Sequence record: SRR20825010_118
Strand: one strand, 5' to 3'
Length of the DNA stretch: 60,206 nucleotides
Shown: positions 10,163 through 20,175 of the stretch, piece by piece
Numbering within the stretch: position 1 is the stretch's first letter
Layout: every line of letters starts with the position of its first letter
The notes under the pieces: generated by a model
Told to the model about the DNA's origin: nothing
Seen by the model: the letters and a program-made list of their open reading frames with translations, nothing else
Database searches by the model: none
Program-made: the position numbers and the translations under genes

Positions 10163-11473
10163 TTATTCGGAAACGTATTTAAGCGCTTCCGTTTCAGAAA
10201 TACGAACCCCATCTTTATAGGCTACTATATAAGAAGTAGTATACCCTTTTGCATCGGCGTTGCTCTTTAAAAGTGTGGCCTGGAAATGGGAATCAGTATT
10301 GCCGTACATATAGCGGTACAAATTATTGTAAGGCTCTTTGGACAAGGTATTTAAGCCTTTAAAGTTCTCCGAGTGCAATGGAATATTTTTTGAGCTGGCA
10401 AAAATTTGTACCTTAAAAATAATGTTTTCAGATTTCTTAGACGCCTTTTCAACTACTTTCGGCTCTTCCTTCTTAATAGGCTCTTTTACTATTTCTTTGG
10501 TGGTATTATCCGTTTCATTCTTTACCACTAGTACTGTTTTGGGTATATTCTTGACCGGTTTTTGCTCTAGGACGAGTTGTTCAGATTTCTTTTCTCCTGT
10601 ATTGGCCACTGCTTTTTCTGCCGCTTTCTTAACCTCCTCCTTCTTTGGTTCCTGGGCAACAGGGGTATTGTTCATAGCAATCTGATCTGTCCCAGATATC
10701 ATCTCGCCCTTGTAGGCTAAAATGGCATCGGCTATAGCCTTGCCCATTTCGTTATGTCCTTTTGAAGAATTTAAATAAGCGCCTTCATCCCTATTCGTTA
10801 AAAAACCGGTTTCTACCAATACGCTGGGCATAAAGGTCTGGTGAAGCACAATAAAGCCTGCTTGCTTCACTTTTCTATCGGTTCTTTTCAACTTGTTTGC
10901 AAAATTATCCTGCATCAGTTTTGCAAGATTGATGCTTTGATCCAGAAACTCTTCTTGCATAATGGTAAGACCAATAATGGATTCCGGAGAATTAATATCA
11001 TAGGCCGCATATCTACTTTCATAATTATCCTCCAGATATATTACCGAGTTTTCCTTCTTTGCTATTTCAAAGTTTTGTTTATTGGCGTGCAATCCCAATA
11101 CAAAGGTTCCCGCACCGTGCGCATCGGAACTATGCGAATCACAATGGACAGAAACAAACAAATCCGCATTGGCCTTGTTGGCAATTTCACCCCTACGGTA
11201 CAAATCCACAAAGGTATCGTCCTTACGCGTATATATGACCTTGATATTCGGATTCCTTTCCAAAATCTCCCCTACTTTCAGAACTATCTTTAAGGCTATA
11301 TTTTTTTCCAAATATCCGTTCCCCAAATTTCCAGGATCATGCCCTCCATGCCCCGCATCCAAAACAACGACAAATTTTCCGTCATTGTCATCGGTCTCCA
11401 TATCTTTGCTGAAAGAAGTCAGGAAATATGTTAAAATTATAAATGGAATAATATAAAACCGTTTCATATTCAT
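10163..11473 (-). CDS. N-acetylmuramoyl-L-alanine amidase (Amidase_3)
   Basis: VVLDAGHGGHDPG, EKNIAL, FVSVHCD and SVLVETGFLTN motifs. Lys/Glu-rich linker and a C-terminal SPOR-like domain. Confidence 0.92.
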   Translation of the reverse strand: MNMKRFYIIPFIILTYFLTSFSKDMETDDNDGKFVVVLDAGHGGHDPGNLGNGYLEKNIALKIVLKVGEILERNPNIKVIYTRKDDTFVDLYRRGEIANKANADLFVSVHCDSHSSDAHGAGTFVLGLHANKQNFEIAKKENSVIYLEDNYESRYAAYDINSPESIIGLTIMQEEFLDQSINLAKLMQDNFANKLKRTDRKVKQAGFIVLHQTFMPSVLVETGFLTNRDEGAYLNSSKGHNEMGKAIADAILAYKGEMISGTDQIAMNNTPVAQEPKKEEVKKAAEKAVANTGEKKSEQLVLEQKPVKNIPKTVLVVKNETDNTTKEIVKEPIKKEEPKVVEKASKKSENIIFKVQIFASSKNIPLHSENFKGLNTLSKEPYNNLYRYMYGNTDSHFQATLLKSNADAKGYTTSYIVAYKDGVRISETEALKYVSE

Positions 11474-11549
11474 ATAACTAGAGATAATTTGATCTTTTAA
11501 TTAGGTTAAATTTATCGCAATACCCTACAAGCGGAACAAAAAATATATG

Positions 11550-11557
11550 TAAGTTTG
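11550..11557 (+). promoter_or_regulatory. Bacteroidota sigma-A -7 element for the LptD-like gene
   Basis: TAAGTTTG is an exact TAnnTTTG match, 45 nt before the TTG start. Confidence 0.6.
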
Positions 11558-11602
11558 AACCCAAAATGTAGCTAAACCGTTACAAAAATAGGATATATAG
11601 CT

Positions 11603-14308
11603 TTGCAATCAAATAAACATCATGTACTTTTCGTATTGCTCCTATTATATGGTGCGTTTACTGCATCTGCCCAAGAAGATCAAATTAAGCCCCTGCCCAT
11701 TGTTGCCTTTAGAGATACCATTAAAGCTCCCCTTTTACCAGATCCCAAATTACAGGATACCCTTGTAACTGATACTACAAAAGTAGACTCTTTGAACGGT
11801 AAAAAACCGCTTCTCCTGGACAAAATAAAATACAAGGCCAAGGATTATGTAAAGATGAGTCAAAAGGATCAAAAAATATATCTTTATAACGAAGCCGAAC
11901 TCTATTACCAGGACACGGAATTAAAGGCTGGAATCATTATAATGGACTACGTAAAAAATGAAGTCTATGCTGGCCGTTTAAAGGATTCTTTAGGGAATTA
12001 TACGCAATTACCATTTTTTAAACAGGGCACAAATGAAGTAATTCCAGACTCCATACGCTTTAACTTTGACACCCAAAAGGCGATTATTTGGAATTCCAGA
12101 ACGGAACAACAGGCCGGTTTGGGTCAATTGGGCAGTGATGCAATGAAGGTCTATGCCCAGATCACCAAAAAAGAAAACGATTCCGTTTATTTCCTTAGTG
12201 AGGGCAAGTTAACAACATCCAAGGATACCGTAAATCCAGATTATTATATCCGTGTAAAAAAGGCCAAATTTGTACCCCAAAAGAAGGTAATTGCCGGGTT
12301 TAGCAACCTATATATAGCCGATGTACCCACCCCTGTGGCACTACCTTTTGCGTATTTTCCCTTGACCGTTGGCAGAACGGCAGGAGTAATGATGCCAACT
12401 TTTGGGAGCGACCCTGACAGGGGATATTTTTTACAGAACGGTGGATATTATGTTCCCATAAACGATTATGTGGATCTTACCCTTACGGGCGATCTCTATA
12501 CCAATGGTAGTTATGGATTTAGAACCCAGTCCGTGTACAGTAAAAGATATAAGTATAGAGGGAATGTAAATTTTAGATATGAAAACTTGGTCACCAGTCA
12601 AAAAGGATTTAGTGACTACAGTAGATCTACCATATACAATATCCAAGTGTCGCATGCGCAAGATGCCAAAAGTAATCCTAATTCCAGGTTTCAAGCCTCG
12701 GTAAACCTTGGGAGTAGTTCTTATTACAGGAATTCCCTGTTGCAACAAAACCTGCCAAATACCCAGGTAAACAATTTATCATCCTCCATATCCTATTCAA
12801 AGACGTTTCCGGAATATCCGTCCGTAAACCTAAGTTTAACGGCCACGCATAACCAAAATACCAATACCGGGGTAGTGGATGTAACCTTGCCCACTTTACA
12901 AGCCAGTATGGAACGTATATTTCCTTTTGCTCCACGCGAGGGTATAAAAAAAGGGATCATTCAAAATGTAAACTTTCAATATAACCTAAATGCAAGAAAT
13001 AGTATTTCTACTACGGAAGATGATTTCTTGACCAGTAGAATGTTTGAAAATACTCGTTTTGGAGCCAGAAACTCCATTCCCCTCAGTACCAATTTCAAAG
13101 TAGCCAAACACTTTAGTGTAAGTGTAGGTGGTTCCTATGAAGACGTTTGGGCCATTGAAACTTATGAGAGAGGCTACGACCCGGATACCAAAAGGGAAGT
13201 GGTTACAGATACCATTAATGGATTTGACCGCTTTGGTACATATAATTTTAGTGCCAGTATTGGTACCACCTTATATGGTCTGGTAAACTTTGGGGAGGAT
13301 AAAAAAATACAGGCCATCAGGCACGTTATGAGACCATCTGTGAGCTATGGATATACTCCATCTTTCGATCAATATTATGACAGTTATATCGGCGCCGATG
13401 ATGAATTGGAACTATATAGCAGGTTCGAAGGTACATTGAACGGCGCTCCGGGCCTAAATAAGTCCAGTTCCATGAGTTTTTCCCTGGGCAACCAATTTGA
13501 GGCAAAGGTGCGCGACAAAGATTCCACGGCCACTAAACCGAAAAAAATATCGCTTTTAAGCAATCTCAATCTCTCTACCGGATATAATTTTGAAGCAGAT
13601 TCCTTGAAGCTAAGTCCTTTGAACCTTAGCGGCGGAACCAATATCCTCAACAATAAAATGGCCATTAACTTTGGTGCCAGTTTTGACCCCTATGCCATTG
13701 ATAATAATGGGACCCGTATAAACACCTTCAATGTGGATAATGGCGGTAGCCTATTTAGGCTTACAACCGCAAGAGCCAACCTTAGTTACTCCCTGAGCAG
13801 TGAAACTTTTGGAAAAAAGAAAGACGAAAAGAAGGAAGATGACAAGGATGAATATGACTATGTAGCAGCTAGTGGAGGTAGGGATGACGACCTTTTTGGA
13901 AGGGCCAACGACTTTAACGAAAATAGGCCGGAAGACGAAAGGGACAAGGACTCCGAAGACGTGGAAAACCCAGTTTATGGCACAAAATTACCCTGGGATC
14001 TAAGATTGGCATATGCCGTAAATTATAGCAATTCCAATAGACAAAACACTATTGGCAGCCACTCCTTAATGTTTTCAGGAAACATTCAACTTTCCCCAAG
14101 ATGGAAAATTGGAGGTTCTTCCGGTTACGATTTCAAAAACAAAGGATTCACCCTTACCCAACTTCGGTTTGAGAGGGACCTTAAAAGTTTTAGGATGAAC
14201 TTTAACTGGACACCCTTTGGCACCTACAAACGCTGGTATTTCTTTATAGGAATAAAGAGCTCCATATTACAGGATCTTAAGTGGGAAAACCGGAGTAAAC
14301 GGAACTAG
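11603..14308 (+). CDS. lptD: Putative LPS assembly outer membrane protein LptD (Bacteroidota type)
   Basis: 901 aa with signal peptide, N-terminal jellyroll-like segment and long amphipathic beta-strand region. C-terminus FERDL...FNWTPFG...FFIGIKSSILQDLK. Divergent from the amidase gene. Confidence 0.8.
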   Translation: MQSNKHHVLFVLLLLYGAFTASAQEDQIKPLPIVAFRDTIKAPLLPDPKLQDTLVTDTTKVDSLNGKKPLLLDKIKYKAKDYVKMSQKDQKIYLYNEAELYYQDTELKAGIIIMDYVKNEVYAGRLKDSLGNYTQLPFFKQGTNEVIPDSIRFNFDTQKAIIWNSRTEQQAGLGQLGSDAMKVYAQITKKENDSVYFLSEGKLTTSKDTVNPDYYIRVKKAKFVPQKKVIAGFSNLYIADVPTPVALPFAYFPLTVGRTAGVMMPTFGSDPDRGYFLQNGGYYVPINDYVDLTLTGDLYTNGSYGFRTQSVYSKRYKYRGNVNFRYENLVTSQKGFSDYSRSTIYNIQVSHAQDAKSNPNSRFQASVNLGSSSYYRNSLLQQNLPNTQVNNLSSSISYSKTFPEYPSVNLSLTATHNQNTNTGVVDVTLPTLQASMERIFPFAPREGIKKGIIQNVNFQYNLNARNSISTTEDDFLTSRMFENTRFGARNSIPLSTNFKVAKHFSVSVGGSYEDVWAIETYERGYDPDTKREVVTDTINGFDRFGTYNFSASIGTTLYGLVNFGEDKKIQAIRHVMRPSVSYGYTPSFDQYYDSYIGADDELELYSRFEGTLNGAPGLNKSSSMSFSLGNQFEAKVRDKDSTATKPKKISLLSNLNLSTGYNFEADSLKLSPLNLSGGTNILNNKMAINFGASFDPYAIDNNGTRINTFNVDNGGSLFRLTTARANLSYSLSSETFGKKKDEKKEDDKDEYDYVAASGGRDDDLFGRANDFNENRPEDERDKDSEDVENPVYGTKLPWDLRLAYAVNYSNSNRQNTIGSHSLMFSGNIQLSPRWKIGGSSGYDFKNKGFTLTQLRFERDLKSFRMNFNWTPFGTYKRWYFFIGIKSSILQDLKWENRSKRN

Positions 14309-14650
14309 CGTAAAATACGACAATTGGAATTTACCCTATTATTTGACCATTAATAACCAAAAGTATTCCCCTATATTCTACAACTTTATTATATCTATTT
14401 GTTCAGGCCGAAAGGGCAGTTAAAATTCATTCATCGGACAGGAGGATGGGTTAATTAATCTTATCTTTAACAATAGGAATTAAAGGGTTTCATAAACTCA
14501 AATTTATTGACAATGCCCCATTGCCATATAATCAATAAGGCATGCCAACTAAATATTATAACAGGTTTACAGTAGAACATTTATATCGATGCCGTAGTTA
14601 AGCACTTGTGCAATTGGCCAGTACTGTGCCCTTTTATTCCGAACCACGAA

Positions 14651-17600
14651 ATGTACCTAAACTGCCATACATATTACAGCCTTCGTTTTGGAACCATATC
14701 CGAGGTAGAACTCCTGGAATTGGCCAAAAAGAACCATGTAGATCATTTGGCACTAACGGACATCAACAATACTTCGGCTGGATTAAACTTTGTGCGAAAA
14801 GCACAGGAAAAAGGCATTAAACCTATACTGGGAATCGACTTCAGAAACGGGGTAGAGCGGTGCTTTATTGGTCTGGCCAAAAATAACCATGGCTACCATG
14901 AGCTGAACAATTTCCTGTCCGAACATCTGCACCATGACAAAAAATTTAAATCCCGGGCCCCTATTTTTAGCCATGCTTTCGTAATATATCCCTTCGAAAA
15001 AGTATTACTGAACAAACAAGATACTTTTTTGGAACATGAGTTTATAGGCATATCCATTAGGGATCTTAGAAGATTACCCTTTTCCAAAATAATGGATTTT
15101 AAGGATAAATTGGTAGTACAACAAGCTGTTACTTTCCGGAATAAACGCGATTTTAACGCTCACCGTCTGCTTCGAGCCATTGACAACAACATCCTCCTAA
15201 GTAAATTGCCCCAAAGCGAGGAAGCCGATCCTGAAGAGAAAATGCTTCCTATAGAGGATCTGTTAACCGCTTTTTCCGAATATCAATATATTTTGGAAAA
15301 TACCGAGCGATTAATGCAGTCCTGCCAAATTTATTTTGATTTTTCAGAAAACAGGAAGCCCCAAAACCTTGTTACTTACCTTGGGGACAGAAAGAAAGAT
15401 GAGGCTCTTTTGGAAGAATTGTGCCAAAAAGGCCTACCGAAAAGATACAAACATACCGAAATTGGCCAAGTAATCCTGGAACGCCTCCAAAAGGAATTGG
15501 ACTTGATCAAGAAAATGGGATTTGTATCCTACTTTCTCATTAATTGGGATATTGTTTCCCATGCCAGAAAACAGGGCTTCTTTTATGTGGGCCGAGGAAG
15601 CGGAGCGAACAGTATAGTGGCTTATTTGCTCCACATTACCGATGTGGATCCCATTGAATTGGACTTGTATTTTGAGCGTTTTATTAACCTGTACCGTGTA
15701 AATCCCCCCGATTTTGACATAGACTTTTCATGGAGGGACCGCGAGGCCATGACCCAATATATTTTTAAACGATTCCCCAACGTTTCACTCTTGGGCACCT
15801 ATGTTACCTTTCAAGAAAAAGGGGTTGTACGTGAACTGGGCAAGGTGTTTGGACTGCCCAAGGAGGAAATAGATGTTCTATGCGATAAAAAATACAATGT
15901 ATCGGAATTGGACAAGGTTGCCTTGTTGGTCCTTAAGTACGGTCAATTGCTTAAAGGAATGCCCAATTATTTAAGTATCCATGCCGGTGGTATCCTTATA
16001 ACCGAAAAGCCCATTCATTATTTTTCTGCCACCCACCTACCGCCCAAGGGTTATCCCACCACACAGTTCGACATGGTGATAGCGGAGGATGTTGGCCTTT
16101 TTAAGTTTGATATCCTATCTCAACGTGGTCTGGCTAAAATTGAAGAGACCTTGGAAATTATAAGCTACAATCAACCGGAGAAAATAAGCAGTATAGACAT
16201 CCATGATGTTGCCCAGTTTAAAAACGACCCCATCATCAACAACTTAGTTAAGAGCGCCCAATGTATGGGTTGTTTTTATGTTGAATCTCCAGCCATGCGG
16301 ATGTTGCTAAAGAAACTGGAGGTCGACAATTATTTGGGATTGGTAGCTGCCAGTTCCATAATACGCCCCGGAGTGGCCAAAAGTGGTATGATGCGGGAAT
16401 ACATATTACGCCATCGAGACCCACAACGCGCCAAGGAAAGGGCACATCCCGTTATGCTGTCCATTATGCCAGAAACCTATGGGGTAATGGTATATCAGGA
16501 AGATGTAATTAAGGTGGCCCACTACTTTGCCGATCTCACACTTGGAGAAGCCGATGTTCTGAGACGTGGCATGAGTGGCAAGTTTCGCTCTAGGGAAGAG
16601 TTCCAAAAAGTAAAGGATAAGTTTGTGGACAACTGTAGAAAGAAAGGCTATGACGATAAGCTCATTTTTGAAATATGGGACCAGGTCGCGAGTTTCGCCG
16701 GCTACGCCTTTGCCAAGGGCCATTCGGCCTCCTATGCGGTTGAAAGCTATCAGACCCTTTTCCTGAAGGCTTACTTCCCTTTGGAATATATGGTAGCCGT
16801 GCTTAACAATGGCGGTGGCTTCTATAGTGCCGAATTCTATATCCACGAAGCACGCATGCTAGGGGCCAATATACATTCTCCCTGTATAAACAAGAGTTTT
16901 ATGGCCACCTGCATTTATGGGAAAGAAATGTACCTAGGGTTTATGTACCTCAGGGATTTGGAAAGCAAGGTGGTAGATCAGATTATAAATGAAAGAACAA
17001 CCAATGGTTCATTTTTATCATTGACAAATTTTCTGGATAGGGTCTTTATATCCATAGAACAATTGAGTATCCTTATCCGTATCGATGCCTTTGCATTTAC
17101 AGGAGTAAACAAGCACGAACTCTTATGGCAAGCTCACCTATCCCTTTCCAAAAACACCAAATTGGACCACCCTAAATTGTTCAATGCCAATCACCAACAT
17201 TTTGAAATCCCCAAATTATACTCCACCAATTTGGAAATGGCCTTTACCCAATTGGAGCTTATGGGGTTTACCCTTTGTAGTCCGTTCGATATTTTGGCGG
17301 AACCTCCCAACAACACACATGGCAAAAGAGACCTGGAATCTTATCTGGGCAAGAATATTGATATTTACGGATATCTGGTGACCGTAAAAAATACCAGAAC
17401 CCATCAGGGCACCCGGATGAATTTTGCCACCTTGGTGGATCAACACGGGGAGGTTTTTGACACTGTACTTTTTCCACCTGTAGCTGCAAAATATTTCTTT
17501 AGGGGAAGAGGTATCTATCGCTTTTATGGAAAAGTGGTGAGCGAATTTGGCTTCTTAAGTATAGAGGTCATAAAAATGCAAAAACAGGATTATATTCCCG

Positions 17601-17659
17601 ATCCAAGATATGCGGACATGAAAACAAGTGTATTGAGAAATAATTCCAATAATAAATAA
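14651..17659 (+). CDS. dnaE2: DNA polymerase III alpha subunit, DnaE2-like (secondary, probably error-prone copy)
   Basis: PHP domain (LNCHTYYS, LTDINN), GRGSGANS, catalytic PPDFDIDF, IHAGG, FAGYAFAKGHSASYA and an OB fold. About 1002 aa, without the C-terminal extension of replicative DnaE1. Start at ATG 14651. Confidence 0.85.
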   Translation: MYLNCHTYYSLRFGTISEVELLELAKKNHVDHLALTDINNTSAGLNFVRKAQEKGIKPILGIDFRNGVERCFIGLAKNNHGYHELNNFLSEHLHHDKKFKSRAPIFSHAFVIYPFEKVLLNKQDTFLEHEFIGISIRDLRRLPFSKIMDFKDKLVVQQAVTFRNKRDFNAHRLLRAIDNNILLSKLPQSEEADPEEKMLPIEDLLTAFSEYQYILENTERLMQSCQIYFDFSENRKPQNLVTYLGDRKKDEALLEELCQKGLPKRYKHTEIGQVILERLQKELDLIKKMGFVSYFLINWDIVSHARKQGFFYVGRGSGANSIVAYLLHITDVDPIELDLYFERFINLYRVNPPDFDIDFSWRDREAMTQYIFKRFPNVSLLGTYVTFQEKGVVRELGKVFGLPKEEIDVLCDKKYNVSELDKVALLVLKYGQLLKGMPNYLSIHAGGILITEKPIHYFSATHLPPKGYPTTQFDMVIAEDVGLFKFDILSQRGLAKIEETLEIISYNQPEKISSIDIHDVAQFKNDPIINNLVKSAQCMGCFYVESPAMRMLLKKLEVDNYLGLVAASSIIRPGVAKSGMMREYILRHRDPQRAKERAHPVMLSIMPETYGVMVYQEDVIKVAHYFADLTLGEADVLRRGMSGKFRSREEFQKVKDKFVDNCRKKGYDDKLIFEIWDQVASFAGYAFAKGHSASYAVESYQTLFLKAYFPLEYMVAVLNNGGGFYSAEFYIHEARMLGANIHSPCINKSFMATCIYGKEMYLGFMYLRDLESKVVDQIINERTTNGSFLSLTNFLDRVFISIEQLSILIRIDAFAFTGVNKHELLWQAHLSLSKNTKLDHPKLFNANHQHFEIPKLYSTNLEMAFTQLELMGFTLCSPFDILAEPPNNTHGKRDLESYLGKNIDIYGYLVTVKNTRTHQGTRMNFATLVDQHGEVFDTVLFPPVAAKYFFRGRGIYRFYGKVVSEFGFLSIEVIKMQKQDYIPDPRYADMKTSVLRNNSNNK

Positions 17660-17942
17660 ATCAGGTCCCATTTGGCTGATTGGAATTGTTCATAAAATCT
17701 TAGGTATTGAATCTATTTCCGGCCATTTATCATCGGATGCGAAAAAGGTTTTTAGTTTACCCGGACAATTCTTGATTGAAATTATAGATTAAAAAAAACT
17801 AACCAACACCAAGTTTTATTAAGTTAATTTCACGAGGGCATTCCTATAAAAAGTATTTTCACTAGATTCGATGTCACTAAATAACCCAAACATTAAAATC
17901 AAAAAAAATTACCATGTCTTGTTTTTGTAACCCGTCCGGCCT

Positions 17943-18800
17943 ATGAGGAAGCGTATAGAAGCAATATTAAAACAGGATATCCCTTATATGGATTCCACAA
18001 GGAGCAAACTCCTATTGATTGGCTTTATTAGCCTGTATTCCTTTATTTTTATAAATATATATGCCCCTTACAACATCAACAAATGGGGCGAAAATTATTA
18101 TTGGGAGTTTATCTTAATAGGTCTTAGTGTTTTTATTTTCACCCAGTTTATATTGCGTACCCTATTTGGACCCAAAAGATTTAAAATCTATAGTTTACTC
18201 CCTTGGGGCCTAATGGAGATGGGATTAATGGCCGTTATATTTGAGCTTACCTATAGTCCGCCAATGCGAACACTTCAAGAGCAAATTTCGGAATTCCTAC
18301 TAACCTTTTGGCAAATAGGCCTTGTAGTGGTGGTACCCTATACACTGTTTTTATGGTATGCCCAGATCAATCAAAAAATATCCTCGTTTAAAGAAGAAAT
18401 CCAATTCAATTCAAAAGGTACAAATGGTGAGGGAATCGGTGAATTGTTGATTTTGAACGGAGAAAACAACAAGGTGGTATTGGCCATTAAATATAATCAG
18501 TTGCTATATATCAAATCCGCAGGAAATTATCTGGAACTCTTTTATTTCACCGGAGAAAAAATCAACAAAGAACTCATAAGAATGAGTTTCAAGGAATTGG
18601 AGGATATCATCAAGGACACTAAGGTAATTCGCATCCATAGGTCCTATATGGTAAATACCATACACATCAGCACTGCAAAGAAAACTAAAAAGGGATATAC
18701 CCTTGGTATCCAATATATCCCAGAAGAAAAAATTCCCGTTTCGTTTGGTTATAAGACCGATTTCGAAAAAGCCCTCCAACTAAAAAAAATGTCCCATTAA
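17943..18800 (+). CDS. Membrane-anchored LytTR family transcriptional regulator
   Basis: About four N-terminal TM segments followed by LytTR motifs (YIKSAGNYLE, RIHRSYMVN, IPVS). Confidence 0.88.
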   Translation: MRKRIEAILKQDIPYMDSTRSKLLLIGFISLYSFIFINIYAPYNINKWGENYYWEFILIGLSVFIFTQFILRTLFGPKRFKIYSLLPWGLMEMGLMAVIFELTYSPPMRTLQEQISEFLLTFWQIGLVVVVPYTLFLWYAQINQKISSFKEEIQFNSKGTNGEGIGELLILNGENNKVVLAIKYNQLLYIKSAGNYLELFYFTGEKINKELIRMSFKELEDIIKDTKVIRIHRSYMVNTIHISTAKKTKKGYTLGIQYIPEEKIPVSFGYKTDFEKALQLKKMSH

Positions 18801-18871
18801 TCCCAAATAGGGATATTTCATCACAAAGTACCAAAGACATAATGGGTTGTTGAAACACCATTGTTAATTTG
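18796..18871 (+). promoter_or_regulatory. Putative LytTR direct-repeat site and -7 element for the peroxidase operon
   Basis: ATTAATCCCAAA (18796) and TTTCATCACAAA (18816) repeat with a 20-nt period. TTAATTTG at 18864-18871. Confidence 0.5.
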
Positions 18872-18931
18872 TGTCAATATAGAGTATTTGACTGCCTGAT
18901 GGGCAGGATTTTTCACTTATACTTTATATGA

Positions 18932-20158
18932 ATGTTATGGAATAACCAAAGGATAATACAAGATCTGGTGGAAAAAGGCAGGGTCCTATTTAAAGTAATT
19001 ATATCGGTAGCGGTTCTAGGAATCATGGCGGGCGTATTTTTTGCCGGCCAAAGACCTACTGCCTACTATCCGGTTCCTCTTTTAAAAAGCAGTTGCCCTC
19101 CCGGATTTAAGCTTAATGAAAATAATGAGTGTATTGCCAAAAATCTCTATAGTCAATATGCCACGACCAACATGGCCGGTGTAGGAGGGTTAAAATCGGC
19201 CTTACCAGAAATTAGGGATGGTTTTTCTCCCCAAGAAATTGATTTGGGAAGGTATTTATTTTTTGATCCCGCTCTTTCTGCCGACCAAACCGTTTCCTGT
19301 GCAACGTGCCATGATCCCGATAAAGGATTAGGCGATGGATTAGCAACTAGCCAGGGTAAGGATGGGCATAAATTAAAAAGAGCGGCACCTTCCCTATATA
19401 ACGTAGGCTATTTAAAAAAACTCTTTTGGGACGGTCGAGCCACTTCTTTGGAAGAGCAAATGCTGGAACCATTGTTCTCCAAGGATGAAATGGGAAATAC
19501 TCCGGAAAACTTACTCAATACTATAAATGAAATTGAAAATTACAGAAAATTATTTGCGGAAGCATATCCCAAAAGGGATGGGGACCAACCAATTGCTCTC
19601 AATGAAATTACCAAGGCCATTGCGGCTTTCCAATCTTCCTTGGTTTCCCTTAACAGTAAATATGACCAATATGCACATGGTTATGACGAAGCGTTGAATA
19701 AAAACGAAATTGAAGGACTCAACATATTTAGGTCTTTCGTGGCGCGTTGTGCAGAATGCCATACCCCTCCCCTATTTACAAATCAACAATTTGCTGTAAT
19801 TGGCACCCCCGAACCAGATGGTTTACCATTGGATCCCGGGGCCGAAATTCCCTTTAATGACAAAAGCCTAAGAGGGGCATTTAAGGTCCCCAGTCTTAGG
19901 AATATAGCCCAAACTGCCCCTTATATGCACTCTGGAAGATTCAAAACCCTGCGGGAAACCGTCCAATTTTATACAGACGGTAGAGGGCATGCCGTACCTG
20001 AGGGGGAAAACCTGTTAATTCACTGGCATATATGGGAACCCAATTTAACCGATTACGAATTGGACCGCCTAGTGGATTTTCTTAAAACCTTGACCGATGA
20101 ATCGTTTAAACCCAAAACACCGGAGGTCCTGCCTTCGGGACTTAAAATATCAACCTAA
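18932..20158 (+). CDS. Diheme cytochrome c peroxidase, MauG/BthA/MbnH-like
   Basis: CATCH and CAECH heme motifs, LGRYLFFDPALS, LFWDGRA, FKVPSLRNIAQTAPYMHSG and LRETVQFY. Confidence 0.88.
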   Translation: MLWNNQRIIQDLVEKGRVLFKVIISVAVLGIMAGVFFAGQRPTAYYPVPLLKSSCPPGFKLNENNECIAKNLYSQYATTNMAGVGGLKSALPEIRDGFSPQEIDLGRYLFFDPALSADQTVSCATCHDPDKGLGDGLATSQGKDGHKLKRAAPSLYNVGYLKKLFWDGRATSLEEQMLEPLFSKDEMGNTPENLLNTINEIENYRKLFAEAYPKRDGDQPIALNEITKAIAAFQSSLVSLNSKYDQYAHGYDEALNKNEIEGLNIFRSFVARCAECHTPPLFTNQQFAVIGTPEPDGLPLDPGAEIPFNDKSLRGAFKVPSLRNIAQTAPYMHSGRFKTLRETVQFYTDGRGHAVPEGENLLIHWHIWEPNLTDYELDRLVDFLKTLTDESFKPKTPEVLPSGLKIST

Positions 20159-20175
20159 AAAATAACAGTTAAGAA

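Noticed and set aside
14400-14450. GCCGAAAGGGC mini-hairpin upstream of dnaE2 as a structured RNA
   Set aside because: The stem is too short and there is no recognisable family consensus.
14606-14650. TTG-started extension of DnaE2
   Set aside because: The PHP domain begins at MYLNCH (ATG 14651), and the extra residues are not domain-like.
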